From NCBI GenBank assembly GCA_022451925.1, contig JAKUNL010000001.1, positions 73,814 through 137,813 on the forward strand: a DNA stretch of 64,000 nucleotides, in the 5' to 3' direction. Below are positions 18,754 through 28,858 of the stretch, in pieces. The translations under genes were made by a program, and so were the position numbers. How positions within the stretch are numbered: the stretch's first letter is position 1; each line of letters opens with the position of its first letter. The stretch comes from Dehalococcoidia bacterium. Lineage in GTDB: Bacteria > Chloroflexota > Dehalococcoidia > Lucifugimonadales > UBA3495. Below the pieces are notes generated by a model that saw nothing but the letters and a program-made list of their open reading frames with translations, made no database searches and was not told the DNA's origin.

Positions 18754-18803
18754 ATTCGGATAACCGAATCCCTACGCCGCGTTGTTTGGTGTAGGGATTT
18801 TTT
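18754..18803 (+). promoter_or_regulatory. rplJ (L10) leader with two overlapping hairpins; the second is an intrinsic terminator/attenuator
   Basis: Hairpin 1 is attcgg-ataa-ccgaat (18754..18769). Hairpin 2 is aatccctac-N15-gtagggatt followed by TTTT (18767..18803). They share 3 nt and lie within a 265-nt rplA-rplJ spacer. Confidence 0.5.
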
Positions 18804-18894
18804 AATCTTGCCGTAAAATCAACCAAACCTTGAATAGTACTTAATAAACAAAATTGGTCAACATCAGGTTTGAAAACGGACATGGAGGAATAAA

Positions 18895-19605
18895 TTGCCC
18901 ACCCAGCAGAAGATAGACCGAGTCCAAGACATTAAGGACCGGTTAGAGCGCAGCAGCATAACAATGACCGCCAGTTATTCGGGCATCACAGTTAACGAGA
19001 TGATCGAACTAAGAAGGGCCATGCGGGCCGGTGGAATTGACTTCACCATAGTCAAGAACACTCTGCTAAACCTGGCCGCCACAGAGGCAAACAAGCCCCA
19101 AATTAAAGAGATTATCAATGGCCCCACTGCCGTTGCTATCGCATACGACGACCCAGCAGCAGCAGCCAAGACGCTGGCTGATTTCATTCGGGACGGCGGA
19201 ACGTCCCTGGCAATCTTAGGGGCTGTCATGGGCGACGGCGCTCCCATGGCCTCTGGGGATGTAACAAAACTTGCATCACTACCGCCCAAACCTGTCTTGC
19301 TAGCCATGCTTTTAGGCCAGATGCAGACACCTATCGCCCGACTAGCAACCGTAATGAACGGCCCTATCCAAGCATTAGACAACGTACTCCAAGCAAGGGT
19401 ACGTCAAATGATGGAATCGAACCCTGTGCCTGCCGAATCTCCGAACAGCACCACAGAAACTGCAGTACCTGTAGGAGTTCCAGAATCGACTGCCGAAGAG
19501 GCAACAGGCGACGAAGAAGATACCACCGAATCCGAAGGGAGCACGGACGGACTGGAATCCGAAGCCACTGTTAAAGAAAATACCGCCGAAGAAACGTCGG
19601 AATGA
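18895..19605 (+). CDS. rplJ: 50S ribosomal protein L10 with about 60-aa acidic C-terminal extension
   Basis: 236 aa. The L10 core is followed by an ESNPVPAESPNSTTETAVP...EEDTTESEGSTDGLESEATVKENTAEETSE tail. TTG start. Confidence 0.9.
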   Translation: MPTQQKIDRVQDIKDRLERSSITMTASYSGITVNEMIELRRAMRAGGIDFTIVKNTLLNLAATEANKPQIKEIINGPTAVAIAYDDPAAAAKTLADFIRDGGTSLAILGAVMGDGAPMASGDVTKLASLPPKPVLLAMLLGQMQTPIARLATVMNGPIQALDNVLQARVRQMMESNPVPAESPNSTTETAVPVGVPESTAEEATGDEEDTTESEGSTDGLESEATVKENTAEETSE

Positions 19606-19668
19606 TAAATCCAGAATCCCACTTAATCCAATGAATTAAAAGCCTTAAAGGCATAAAAAGGAGACATC

Positions 19669-20061
19669 ATGACTAAAGACGAGCTTATAGAAGCAATCAA
19701 AGGAATGAACGTGGTCGAACTGGCCGACGTCGTCAAGGCACTTGAAGAAGAGTTTGGCGTCAGCGCAGCCGCACCAGTAGCCGTCGCCGCTGCACCCGCA
19801 GCCGGTGCAGCACCTGCTGAAGGCGGAGCGGCCGCTGCTTCCGATGATCAGGATTCGTTCGCCGTCAGCCTAAAAGACATCGGCCCCAATAAAATTAACG
19901 TTATTAAGGCTGTACGCGAGGTCACCGCTCTTGGACTGCGCGAGGCCAAAGAACTAGTCGAGTCGGCTCCAACCGCCATCAAGGAAGGAGTTGCCAAAGA
20001 CGAGGCCGACGATATTAAGAGCAAGCTAGAAGAAGCCGGCGCAGTGGTTGAGTTAGGTTAA
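19669..20061 (+). CDS. rplL: 50S ribosomal protein L7/L12
   Basis: 130 aa with an Ala-rich hinge and the C-terminal [22 protein letters not shown]. Confidence 0.95.
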   Translation: MTKDELIEAIKGMNVVELADVVKALEEEFGVSAAAPVAVAAAPAAGAAPAEGGAAAASDDQDSFAVSLKDIGPNKINVIKAVREVTALGLREAKELVESAPTAIKEGVAKDEADDIKSKLEEAGAVVELG

Positions 20062-20104
20062 CTCAACATTCTGTCAATCCAGGTCACGGGTATGATCCGG
20101 AAAT

Positions 20105-20142
20105 GAAAGAGGCCTCTTGCAATGAAGGATCCTCTTTCGTTT
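20105..20142. terminator. Hairpin between convergent rplL and the S41 peptidase gene
   Basis: gaaagagg-N18-cctctttc followed by gttt. Confidence 0.4.
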
Positions 20143-20170
20143 CCAAACATCTTAATCTGTTACGGACCAG

Positions 20171-21577
20171 CTACCGGAATGGCGGTAGCTGACCATCCAG
20201 AAATTCGTAGGCACGGTTAAACTGACTCTCTCTACCGTACCCTTCGTTCTCTGGGACTGATTCGACTGTCACGTCTGGCGCCAATCCAGTCCGCATCAAG
20301 AGCTGGCCTGAATGGGAATATCGCCTAGACACTGGAAGATAAATAGCCGACCCATCACTCAATTCCATAAATTCATAGCCTGAGACATCACCCCTAGTTG
20401 CTACTCCAAAAAGAGTGGCCCGATGAGTCTCCTGTAGGGCCGACGCCAGCATTTCGGATTCGCGTGCCGTCTGGCCATTGACCAACACTGCAACCAGCAA
20501 ACCATCCATGTCCAACCGGTTGTCATTCGATCCGATGACTATCTCTGTTCGCCTCCCATCTTTAACCTCCTCGAAGCCAAAAGTCGAGCCACTGGGCAAA
20601 AAGTGACCGGCTGTCTCGACTGCTGCGTCCAAAGACCCTCCAGGGTTAGTCCTCAGATCCATAACCAAAGCCAGCAAATCAAGCTGGTTCCAGGCCTCCA
20701 AAGCAGAGAATACCTGTTCACCTGTGTTATGTCGGAACCTAGATATCCGGATGTAGCCCACACCACCTGGAATCAACTGACTAGCCACGGACTGCAATTC
20801 AACATCACCACGGTATACCTCCACCGCCAGAGGTACACTCTCACCAGCCCTAACCACATCCAAAACTATTTTCGTTCCTTTGGGTCCACCTACCTGGTCA
20901 ACGACATCTTGTACACTCTGGTCAACCACAGGATTTCCGGCCACGGCCATCAGGACATCACCAGGCAAAATTCCTGCCTTCTCAGAAGGAGATCCGGCGA
21001 AGGGGAACAACACGACCTTGCCGTCCTGCTTAACAACCCTAGATCCGATGCCCAAATAGCTGCCTTCTACTCCTTCGGCCAAACTCTCCTTTGCTAAGGG
21101 GTATTGCTCAGCATCCAAGTAGACAGCGGAGGGGTCTCCAAGTCCATACATCAATCCAGCGACAATGGATTCAGCAACGGTTGAAGGGTCAAAATCTGGG
21201 TTCGCAACGTTGTATTTGGTAACCGCGCGCCACAGGTCAACCAACTCCCCAGGAATGTGGGCCGGGGCTTGACCACGAATGCGCCCTATCTCAGTTAAAA
21301 ACGGATATGCCTCTACGTCGATTTTAGACATCAAGCTGTTCATGGCCCCGGAAACAATGGAGTCATGATCAAGAGGATCAGAACTAGCGTATCGTTTATT
21401 TATATGCTCCCAAGATTCCCAGACCAACGCCAATCTATCAGCATCTTCATTGGCATCGTTTTTTCCTGAGTCGGAAGAATCGGAACACGCAACAAATACG
21501 AACAAGGTAAATAAAAATATCGTAATAACGAGAAGACGGGAGACTCTAGGTGGAAGAACAGGTAATTTATAAAACAT
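20171..21577 (-). CDS. S41-family C-terminal processing peptidase with PDZ domain, N-terminal signal/lipoprotein-like anchor
   Basis: 468 aa with hydrophobic N-terminus ...FVFVACSDSS, a PDZ-like segment (GILPGDVLMAVAGNPV) and an S41 core (MDLRTNPGGSLD). Confidence 0.85.
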   Translation of the reverse strand: MFYKLPVLPPRVSRLLVITIFLFTLFVFVACSDSSDSGKNDANEDADRLALVWESWEHINKRYASSDPLDHDSIVSGAMNSLMSKIDVEAYPFLTEIGRIRGQAPAHIPGELVDLWRAVTKYNVANPDFDPSTVAESIVAGLMYGLGDPSAVYLDAEQYPLAKESLAEGVEGSYLGIGSRVVKQDGKVVLFPFAGSPSEKAGILPGDVLMAVAGNPVVDQSVQDVVDQVGGPKGTKIVLDVVRAGESVPLAVEVYRGDVELQSVASQLIPGGVGYIRISRFRHNTGEQVFSALEAWNQLDLLALVMDLRTNPGGSLDAAVETAGHFLPSGSTFGFEEVKDGRRTEIVIGSNDNRLDMDGLLVAVLVNGQTARESEMLASALQETHRATLFGVATRGDVSGYEFMELSDGSAIYLPVSRRYSHSGQLLMRTGLAPDVTVESVPENEGYGRESQFNRAYEFLDGQLPPFR

Positions 21578-21788
21578 TTTTTAGAATATTCGATTGCCAA
21601 CACAGTGGATTTCCTGAGATCGCTCCCTTCCGAATCATTGTATCAGAAGGATTTTCGCTTTCATGATGGGTTATAAGGGATACAATAAAGGGTCTCCATT
21701 GCCAGTGTACATTGCTACGAGTACACTGAGTCGGCATGATCCTGTTTCGGTCTAACATGAATCGTTTCAAAGAATTAGGAGCCGGGCT

Positions 21789-22103
21789 ATGATTAAAGTA
21801 ACCGTCTTATACCCCAACGATGAAGGCAAAAATTTTGACCATGTGTATTGGAGTACCACTCATCTAAAACTGGTACAAAACCTGCTAGGTCCCATGGGCC
21901 TGGTGAACGGAGAAATGGAGAAAGGCGTGTCCGGAACCGATCCAAATTCCCCAGCACCCTTTATTGCTATAGCTCACCTATATTTCAATACAGTCGAGGA
22001 AGTCCATACGGCATTCATCGCCCATGCCGGAGCAATTATGGGAGACATTTCCAACTACACTGACATTAAACCTCAGTTCCAAATCAGTGAGACTATGCTC
22101 TAA
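21789..22103 (+). CDS. EthD-family (TIGR02118-like) small protein
   Basis: 104 aa starting MIKVTVLYPN...FDHVYWSTTHLKLV, the typical EthD-domain opening. Confidence 0.65.
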   Translation: MIKVTVLYPNDEGKNFDHVYWSTTHLKLVQNLLGPMGLVNGEMEKGVSGTDPNSPAPFIAIAHLYFNTVEEVHTAFIAHAGAIMGDISNYTDIKPQFQISETML

Positions 22104-22126
22104 ACGACGATAACAACCAATCAGCG

Positions 22127-22155
22127 AAGGCGGTCCAATATGGATCGCCTTTTTT
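22127..22155 (+). terminator. Rho-independent terminator after the EthD-like gene
   Basis: aaggcg-N13-cgcctt followed by TTTTT. Confidence 0.5.
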
Positions 22156-22170
22156 GATTTTAGGAGAAAC

Positions 22171-23832
22171 ATGGTGAAGTTAGAAATATCTTCAGTTTTC
22201 CAAGAGCTATCAAAGAAACTAATCAAAGAATACTGGGATTTTTACCCTACGAATGGATCTCGCATCGGCCAACACGAGTACGACGGTAACCTGCCAGACC
22301 TATCCCCGTATCAGACCTCTCGTCGGGAACGGGAGTTGCAACGCGGTATCGCAGAACTGCATTCAATAGACGTGAATAACTTGAATGTACAAAGTAGGAT
22401 GGGCTACCAGATGATGGAATTATTCCTACGTCGTGAATTATTTGTCTCCAAAGATCTTAAACCTTTGGAAAACAACCCTATGCGCCACGTCGGGCACTTA
22501 AATGTCAGCGGATACATCCGCCGGAACTATGCTCCATTGGAAGACCGACTCCGGTCAGCCACAAAAATCATGACACAAGCACCGGACTTCCTAGACGTAT
22601 TAAACAGACGCCTCATAGACAATCTCTCTTCTCACGTGATGGATATGAGCTCCGAAAGTTACTCTGGCATGGCACGATTCTACAGAGTAGATCTAGCAGA
22701 CGCCACAAAGGGAATTAAAGACTCAGAGATTATTACTGGATTCGATAATGCGAGGATGAAGGCAGCTACGGAATTAGATAAATTTGCGAACCGGCTAAAG
22801 GCACGGGGTGCTAGTGGGCCAGAGGGATTTGCCATCGGGCCGGATCTTTATTCTGGTATGTTGGCCACTGGAGAAGGTCTAGACGTTCCTCTAAGCAGAA
22901 TCGCGGCCATTGGACAAGAAAACCTCATCGACAACCTAACTCAGTTAAAAGATGTGGCCCAACGTCTATATCCGGGCCGTTCTGTGCCGGATATAGTGCA
23001 TGAAATCGGACGGAATCATCCCAAGACCCACGACGTCATACCTGAAACGAGAAAAATGCTGGAAGAGATACGACAATTCCTAATAGATTTCGATGTGCTC
23101 AGTATACCTTCCGAGGACCGCTGTCAGGTGATGGAAACCCCAACGTATATGCGTTACGCCTTCGCGGCAATGGACAGTGCTGGCGCGTTGGAGAGCAACG
23201 CCACCGAGTCTTACTATTACGTAACTCCCGTAGAAGACGGCTGGAACATCAGGCAAAAAGAAGAATGGCTTTCCAACTTCAACTATGACACACTCAAAAT
23301 CATTTCAATACATGAGGTCTACCCGGGACACTTCGTTCATCACCTGCACAATCGTTATGGCGTAGAGCTACCTTTGGTCAACCGCGTGGCAACGGCCTAC
23401 TCATTCACTGAGGGATGGGCACACTATACCGAGCAGATGATGCTCGAGAGCAAATACGGAGAAGGCCAACCTAGATTACTGCTTACACAGTTGCTTGAAG
23501 CCTTAGTACGCAATTGCCGCTATATGTGTTCCTTACGGATGCATACGGAAAGCATGGATTTGGATGAAGCCACGAAGTTCTTCATGGAGAACGCTTACTT
23601 GGCGGAATTACCGGCGCGTAGGGAGGCTCTGCGGGGCACGTTTGATCCAGGGTATCTGAATTACACCCTCGGAAAATTAATGATTCTCAAACTGAAGAGC
23701 GACTACCAAAAAGAAAATGGTAGCGCTTACACGCTCAAAGAATTCCACGATCGGCTACTCTCATTCGGTGGACCGGCATTGCCGCTCCTGCGCCCAGCTC
23801 TATTAAAGAACCCTGGCAACGACGCACTCTAG
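22171..23832 (+). CDS. DUF885-family protein (metallopeptidase-like fold)
   Basis: 553 aa with HEVYPGHFVHH and WAHYTEQMM motifs recalled from DUF885. AGGAG-N4-ATG. Confidence 0.7.
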   Translation: MVKLEISSVFQELSKKLIKEYWDFYPTNGSRIGQHEYDGNLPDLSPYQTSRRERELQRGIAELHSIDVNNLNVQSRMGYQMMELFLRRELFVSKDLKPLENNPMRHVGHLNVSGYIRRNYAPLEDRLRSATKIMTQAPDFLDVLNRRLIDNLSSHVMDMSSESYSGMARFYRVDLADATKGIKDSEIITGFDNARMKAATELDKFANRLKARGASGPEGFAIGPDLYSGMLATGEGLDVPLSRIAAIGQENLIDNLTQLKDVAQRLYPGRSVPDIVHEIGRNHPKTHDVIPETRKMLEEIRQFLIDFDVLSIPSEDRCQVMETPTYMRYAFAAMDSAGALESNATESYYYVTPVEDGWNIRQKEEWLSNFNYDTLKIISIHEVYPGHFVHHLHNRYGVELPLVNRVATAYSFTEGWAHYTEQMMLESKYGEGQPRLLLTQLLEALVRNCRYMCSLRMHTESMDLDEATKFFMENAYLAELPARREALRGTFDPGYLNYTLGKLMILKLKSDYQKENGSAYTLKEFHDRLLSFGGPALPLLRPALLKNPGNDAL

Positions 23833-23850
23833 TGTCAAAATGGAGTGGGT

Positions 23851-24555
23851 TTAAACCCGAAAAGTGACCTTCCGAAATTCTTCTATATATTCCATACCAG
23901 AGCCGCCTTCTTCAACCTTAGCCCGTTGACGGACGTAATCCTCAATCTCTTTTGGATTCCGACCTTCCATCTGGCTCTTATGGGCCGCAACTGCTTTGAA
24001 TTTGATCTCCAACGAACCAGAAATGTCTATCTTGGTATCGGCGTTTTCTGTCCCCCAAAACAGTATGGTCGGGGTTTTGTGAGGTTCCAATCCTTCATCT
24101 CGCCACAGTTCGACAAAATGGAGGTGGTCACGGGCGCACGGGAAAACAGCATCCAACGCGACCTGGCCAGCGATCCGGTGGTCTCGATGCCATGCAAGAT
24201 TCTTCCGGTACGGCTCAGGACAAAGAACGACATCCGGCTGTACTTGTCTAATCTGCCGAACCAATTCCCTGCGAAATACATCACTGTCCTCAAGAGATCC
24301 ATCGGGATGATGCAATAACACCAATTCTTGAACTCCCAGAGCCTCTACTGCATCTGCCTGTTCTTGCTCTCTGATCTTCGAAAGATCCGCTGAAGAAATA
24401 TTAGGATCAGTTGTTCCTTTACCACCATCAGTGCACAGAACGTATCGCACCGTCGCACCATCTCCAAGCCATTTAGCAACAGTTCCAGAACACCAAAAAT
24501 CGGCGTCGTCGGGATGGGGTGTTATAACCAGGACTTTGTTGGGAGTTTCTTCCAT
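23851..24555 (-). CDS. PIG-L/LmbE-family N-acetylglucosaminyl deacetylase (MshB/BshB-like)
   Basis: 234 aa with VITPHPDDADF and a later HxDH-like segment (HRDHR). Confidence 0.85.
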   Translation of the reverse strand: MEETPNKVLVITPHPDDADFWCSGTVAKWLGDGATVRYVLCTDGGKGTTDPNISSADLSKIREQEQADAVEALGVQELVLLHHPDGSLEDSDVFRRELVRQIRQVQPDVVLCPEPYRKNLAWHRDHRIAGQVALDAVFPCARDHLHFVELWRDEGLEPHKTPTILFWGTENADTKIDISGSLEIKFKAVAAHKSQMEGRNPKEIEDYVRQRAKVEEGGSGMEYIEEFRKVTFRV

Positions 24556-24894
24556 TTGTACGAGGCCTCCTTGGTTATACGGGTTTAATTACCCTTGAAA
24601 AACGGTGTCAAACCTATCGAATCCGTGATGACCGTTTTGAAAATATCGATGTTGGTTTTCATTAAGAATTAACGTATTCCCAATGAAGATTCCCTAATAC
24701 TTACAGAACGAATAAGCGTTGTTCGAGGCAATATACTCTGCTACAATCTGCCAAGTTCACCGAACTCGGCCCCTTGCATGGATTTAACCGAGTTGGAACA
24801 TAGATTTTTCGGCTACCTCGAGAATCAGCGTCGGAATCCGTACGCGAAACCCTCAGGTACTTAAGTTTAGAGTTTATCAGCCTGGAAGTCCCCA

Positions 24895-25800
24895 TTGCCA
24901 GTCGTTAACTACACAAACAAGCACCGTACCGCCCTATTTGACTTCGTCGCTTCCAACAATAGCCTCAACACCGAACTACAAGAACTCACCCGGCGTACAT
25001 TTCAAGGCGTATTGTGCCAACCTGGGGTTGAGCCCGCGAAAAATTGTTTAGTTCTGGAAGAGGAAGGGCGCATTTCCGGATTGGCCATCGTCTTTCGTGA
25101 GTTTCCAATCAACCGATCAATCATCGAAGTAATGGCCGCGCCAGGCCTGGTCGGTGGTACAGAAGAACTGGAATTGATTAGGCAAGCAGTAATTGTGGCA
25201 AAATCGGAACTTCCCAGCGTTGTGCACATGTGCGTGAGTCCGGATACTGGCCGCGGTAAACTTCTGCGGAAGTTGGGGTTTACCCAAGTACGAACTTACC
25301 TAGATATGCTCTGGAGTGAAGAGTCATTACCAGAAGCAGATCTTCCAGCAAAGTATTCTCTACGATCGTTTCATGAAGAGGACAGTGCTCTTCTTACCAA
25401 GATTCAGAACGACGCCTTCACTGGAAGTTGGGGATTCTGCCCAAACACTGACGAGCAAATCAAGTACCGAACCCGGATGCCTAACACGTCCAAAACAGGA
25501 ATACTATTTTTATTGGACGGGGGTCTACCTGCTGGATACTGTTGGACGTTAATGGTTCCATCAGAGAATGGCCTCCGTGGAGCCATAGGGATGATTGGCG
25601 TGATGCCGGACTATCGCGGTCAAGGTGTTAGTCGACACATTTTGCATGCCGGAATGCGGTATCTACATTCCATTGGGATATCGGAAGTAGGCTTAGAAGT
25701 TGACGGGAACAACGCCCCGGCCATCCGGCTGTACACTTCCACCGGATTCAAGAAAATAGGAGAGCGTCACTGGTTCGAGCTTGATCTCCCAGGTAAATGA
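24895..25800 (+). CDS. Tandem-GNAT N-acetyltransferase (MshD-like architecture)
   Basis: 301 aa with two GNAT-like halves; the second carries VMPDYRGQGVSRHIL (Q/RxxGxG/A). The TTG start is uncertain. Confidence 0.7.
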   Translation: MPVVNYTNKHRTALFDFVASNNSLNTELQELTRRTFQGVLCQPGVEPAKNCLVLEEEGRISGLAIVFREFPINRSIIEVMAAPGLVGGTEELELIRQAVIVAKSELPSVVHMCVSPDTGRGKLLRKLGFTQVRTYLDMLWSEESLPEADLPAKYSLRSFHEEDSALLTKIQNDAFTGSWGFCPNTDEQIKYRTRMPNTSKTGILFLLDGGLPAGYCWTLMVPSENGLRGAIGMIGVMPDYRGQGVSRHILHAGMRYLHSIGISEVGLEVDGNNAPAIRLYTSTGFKKIGERHWFELDLPGK

Positions 25801-26546
25801 AAGCCAGATGATCGGAATACGGAATCTAGGTGAATCCCTCCAGAAATAACCGCTCTCATGGCATCCTCAACTCTTATTTCCGTCCTTATTACTTCAGATG
25901 CTCTAGCGATTACTAAGAAACCGGATGAGGGTATTGGCGTAGTGGGAACGTAAATGGATAATACCTCTTCCCCATCGGTGTCCATCATGCTAGACGTAAT
26001 CAACCCGATAGATTTTGTCCCCAATCTTGGGAAATCTAACAATACTACGCCATGATATTCTGTTTCCCCGTCTGAATTACCGTTACTGTTTCTGCTGTGA
26101 GAGAGAATTTCTACGGCCATACGGGTTGTTCCGTAAATGCCCTTTACAACAGGTATCACTTCCATCACTCTATGGCCAAATCCAATCAAGCGACGCCCCA
26201 CTACCAAGGCAGCAAAGAGGCCTAACAAGTAGACCAACACCATCAGCGCGATTATCCCTGTGCCAGTTACAGAGCGTCCAGGAAACATATCCACAATGGG
26301 CTTCAGTACCGGGTCTAAGAGATCGAAAAAGAACTTTAAAACCAGTACGGTGATACCGATAGGCATGATAACCAAGATGCCAGCGCCTAGGGTTCGCTGG
26401 ATATGGCCGAGCGGTCGACGAAGAGGGCCGAGGGGCAGTCTACGAGAGCCTAATCCGTCAGATTCTGGAGTCAAAGTCTTCTCCGAAGCATCCAGCCTTA
26501 CGAATAAGACTCCACTCATGATCAGGGGCGATGAACCTGATATCAA
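25767..26546 (-). CDS. DUF502-family membrane protein
   Basis: 259 aa with two TM helices and the VPTTPIPSSGFLVI motif. Its 3' end overlaps the convergent GNAT gene by 34 nt. Confidence 0.7.
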   Translation of the reverse strand: MISGSSPLIMSGVLFVRLDASEKTLTPESDGLGSRRLPLGPLRRPLGHIQRTLGAGILVIMPIGITVLVLKFFFDLLDPVLKPIVDMFPGRSVTGTGIIALMVLVYLLGLFAALVVGRRLIGFGHRVMEVIPVVKGIYGTTRMAVEILSHSRNSNGNSDGETEYHGVVLLDFPRLGTKSIGLITSSMMDTDGEEVLSIYVPTTPIPSSGFLVIARASEVIRTEIRVEDAMRAVISGGIHLDSVFRSSGFHLPGRSSSNQ

Positions 26547-26619
26547 CGTCGAACCAGAAGTGTGTCAAAAGTTAATCTGGACCTGGCTACCGATTGACTA
26601 GCCTGAGATCCCAGGCCAA

Positions 26620-27849
26620 TCAGTCACTATTATCCCCGTACGTCGTACTACTGGTCAATGCGGAATATTCAACAGAAATCAAAGCGGCGGCATTATCCCA
26701 TCCCATACCCTCAGCGCGTTTTCGAGCTGCTTCGCCCATACTCTGTTGGAGACCGTTACTGGAGATGATCATCTCTACCGAGTTGGCAAACGCTTCAGGA
26801 CATCGCCAAGATTTAAGGTACCCAGTACGGCCATGATGGATGATCGTGGAAAGACCGCCTACACGGGTAGCAACCACAGGGGTTCCGCAGGCCATAGATT
26901 CCAGAGCTACTAAGCCAAAACTTTCATAGTACGACGGTACTACACATACGTCTGCCGCGTTGTAATATAGGGGCAGATCGTCATGGTCGACTTGGCCAAC
27001 AAAATCAATCTTGTCTTCAAGATCTTTCTCCCTCGCCAACTGTCTCACCCTGTCCATCTCCCGATCACCATTGACATCAGCTCCGACCACTATCATCCGG
27101 ACTCCGTCTTCAGAGTCCATTTGCGCGGCCGTTTCTACCAGCAAATCTAGACCTTTTATGGGCTCGACACGGCCAACGTAAAGCAAAATCTTCTCGCCAT
27201 TGAGACCCAGTGAAGAGCGCACAGCTTTCTGGTTCAATGGTCGGAACACTTCCAAGTCAACACCGCATGGAACCAATGTAATCTTGTTGGCATCTGCAGC
27301 ATACAACCGGGCCATAGCATCTCGTTCGTGAGGACTAAAAGCAATGATTCGATCAGCAGTAGCAATAACTTTAGTTTCGATTACAGACCTTTCTGACTGT
27401 TCCTCTTCACCCGCACGAGACTGCATTTTGATCAGGCTCAGAGTGTGGAACGTGACGACATGGGGAATCGCTAATTCCTGGGACAATTCGCGGCCGACCC
27501 AGGACGACAGCCAGTAATGGGAATGGACTACGTCGTATTCCAGCCCTTCTTCTTCTCTAAATTTGTTCAGTTGCTCAAGGAAATCCGGAAGCAGGTCATA
27601 TAGCTCGTCCAGATGCGCGTCTGGCTCACCTACATTGATGTGGATGACCCGCACATTAGACCCTATGGTCTCGACACGATTGGCTACATCTGAATGTTCA
27701 CGCGTGAAGATATCTATCTTCATCCCCAGTTCGCCCAAAGCCGACGCCAACTGTCGTACATACACGTTCATGCCGCCAGACTTACCCCTTCCGGGTGCCG
27801 CCAGGGGACAGGCGTGGAGAGTAATAAATGCCGCTCGCTCCACGCTCAA
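26620..27849 (-). CDS. GT4-family glycosyltransferase (MshA-like N-terminus)
   Basis: 409 aa with HACPLAAPGRGKSGGMNVYVRQLA and a C-terminal GT1/GT4 E-x7-E region (ESFGLVALESMACGTPVV). TTGA overlap with the upstream gene. Confidence 0.85.
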   Translation of the reverse strand: MSVERAAFITLHACPLAAPGRGKSGGMNVYVRQLASALGELGMKIDIFTREHSDVANRVETIGSNVRVIHINVGEPDAHLDELYDLLPDFLEQLNKFREEEGLEYDVVHSHYWLSSWVGRELSQELAIPHVVTFHTLSLIKMQSRAGEEEQSERSVIETKVIATADRIIAFSPHERDAMARLYAADANKITLVPCGVDLEVFRPLNQKAVRSSLGLNGEKILLYVGRVEPIKGLDLLVETAAQMDSEDGVRMIVVGADVNGDREMDRVRQLAREKDLEDKIDFVGQVDHDDLPLYYNAADVCVVPSYYESFGLVALESMACGTPVVATRVGGLSTIIHHGRTGYLKSWRCPEAFANSVEMIISSNGLQQSMGEAARKRAEGMGWDNAAALISVEYSALTSSTTYGDNSD

Positions 27850-28823
27850 CTCTTAGTAACCACCATTTGATATAGGTTCCTCTGTTGGCCGCCCAGATGC
27901 GCCTTATACGGTTCTGGACCACGCAGGAAGTCGAAATAGGTCAATCCCTGTTCAATCGCGTCCTTCAGACACATAGCATTTAGCAGCAGTCCTACACTGT
28001 AGTAGGCATACTCGGGATCGTAGCCGCTATTGTATAACAGACGAGAGCCCCCGTAGTCAAAACATAAGCTAGTCGCGACCGTAACGCCGTCCATATGAAG
28101 GAAATAAAGCTGAAGCAGTCCAAGTTCCGACATTCGCTGGGTGATGTTGTAAAAGAAGCGCTCCCGTTCAGGCGTCATGAACTCATCTTTGTCGGCGCGA
28201 CTCTGACGCATCAATTTTATGAACTCGCCCAAGCGTTCATTGACTTCAGTGGGCTCGGTCAAGCTATACCATTTCCAGTCCGTCTGTGAATCCATACGCC
28301 GAATTTTTCGGCGGAGTTCATGCCGATCTTTCTTATTAAGCAGGCTCAGGTATTCATCCCAGGTGCTAGGCAGTCCGATACCTGAGGTTACGTCCTCTTC
28401 TTTTACTTCCACCGTATAACCATGTTTACGAGCCAAATCTGGAAGAATCTGTAAAGTCGGTGAAGTCTCTCTGAGAGAGACCAAGCGGAGCATACCGAAT
28501 TTCTGTTCTTCCATACAATCCAATAGGGTTTGATAGAAGCCAACTTCGTGCCCAGGTCTGATCAGGAAGTCATTATAATCAAACGTATCTTCACTCCCGA
28601 TGAATGACACGGTATCGCCAGACTTAGCCAACGAGGCAATGGCAGAAATTTCGTTCGACTCAGGGTAGGTGAACCCACACATCGTATGGCCTTCACCAAA
28701 GGTATCCCACCAAACTTTCTGCCATTGAGATGTTAGGAATAGTGTGTTTTCAGGACTGTCCCTAAGGACAGATTCCCATTCATTCTCGATCTCTTGGAAC
28801 GATACGATCGGTGTATTTGTCAC
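27846..28823 (-). CDS. GNAT-fold acetyltransferase of the CelD/BcsL (FemAB-like) type
   Basis: 325 aa. The domain call rests on overall resemblance and is not confirmed. Confidence 0.55.
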   Translation of the reverse strand: MTNTPIVSFQEIENEWESVLRDSPENTLFLTSQWQKVWWDTFGEGHTMCGFTYPESNEISAIASLAKSGDTVSFIGSEDTFDYNDFLIRPGHEVGFYQTLLDCMEEQKFGMLRLVSLRETSPTLQILPDLARKHGYTVEVKEEDVTSGIGLPSTWDEYLSLLNKKDRHELRRKIRRMDSQTDWKWYSLTEPTEVNERLGEFIKLMRQSRADKDEFMTPERERFFYNITQRMSELGLLQLYFLHMDGVTVATSLCFDYGGSRLLYNSGYDPEYAYYSVGLLLNAMCLKDAIEQGLTYFDFLRGPEPYKAHLGGQQRNLYQMVVTKS

Positions 28824-28858
28824 GGTTTACCTGCCATTGACGACTGCCTCCCTCCGAG

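Noticed and set aside
23845-24318. 157-aa plus-strand ORF
   Set aside because: It lies entirely antisense to the PIG-L deacetylase gene, which has clear family motifs. The same reasoning applies to other long shadow ORFs (4499..5101, 20603..21097, 37873..38388, 39023..39487, 46961..47533).
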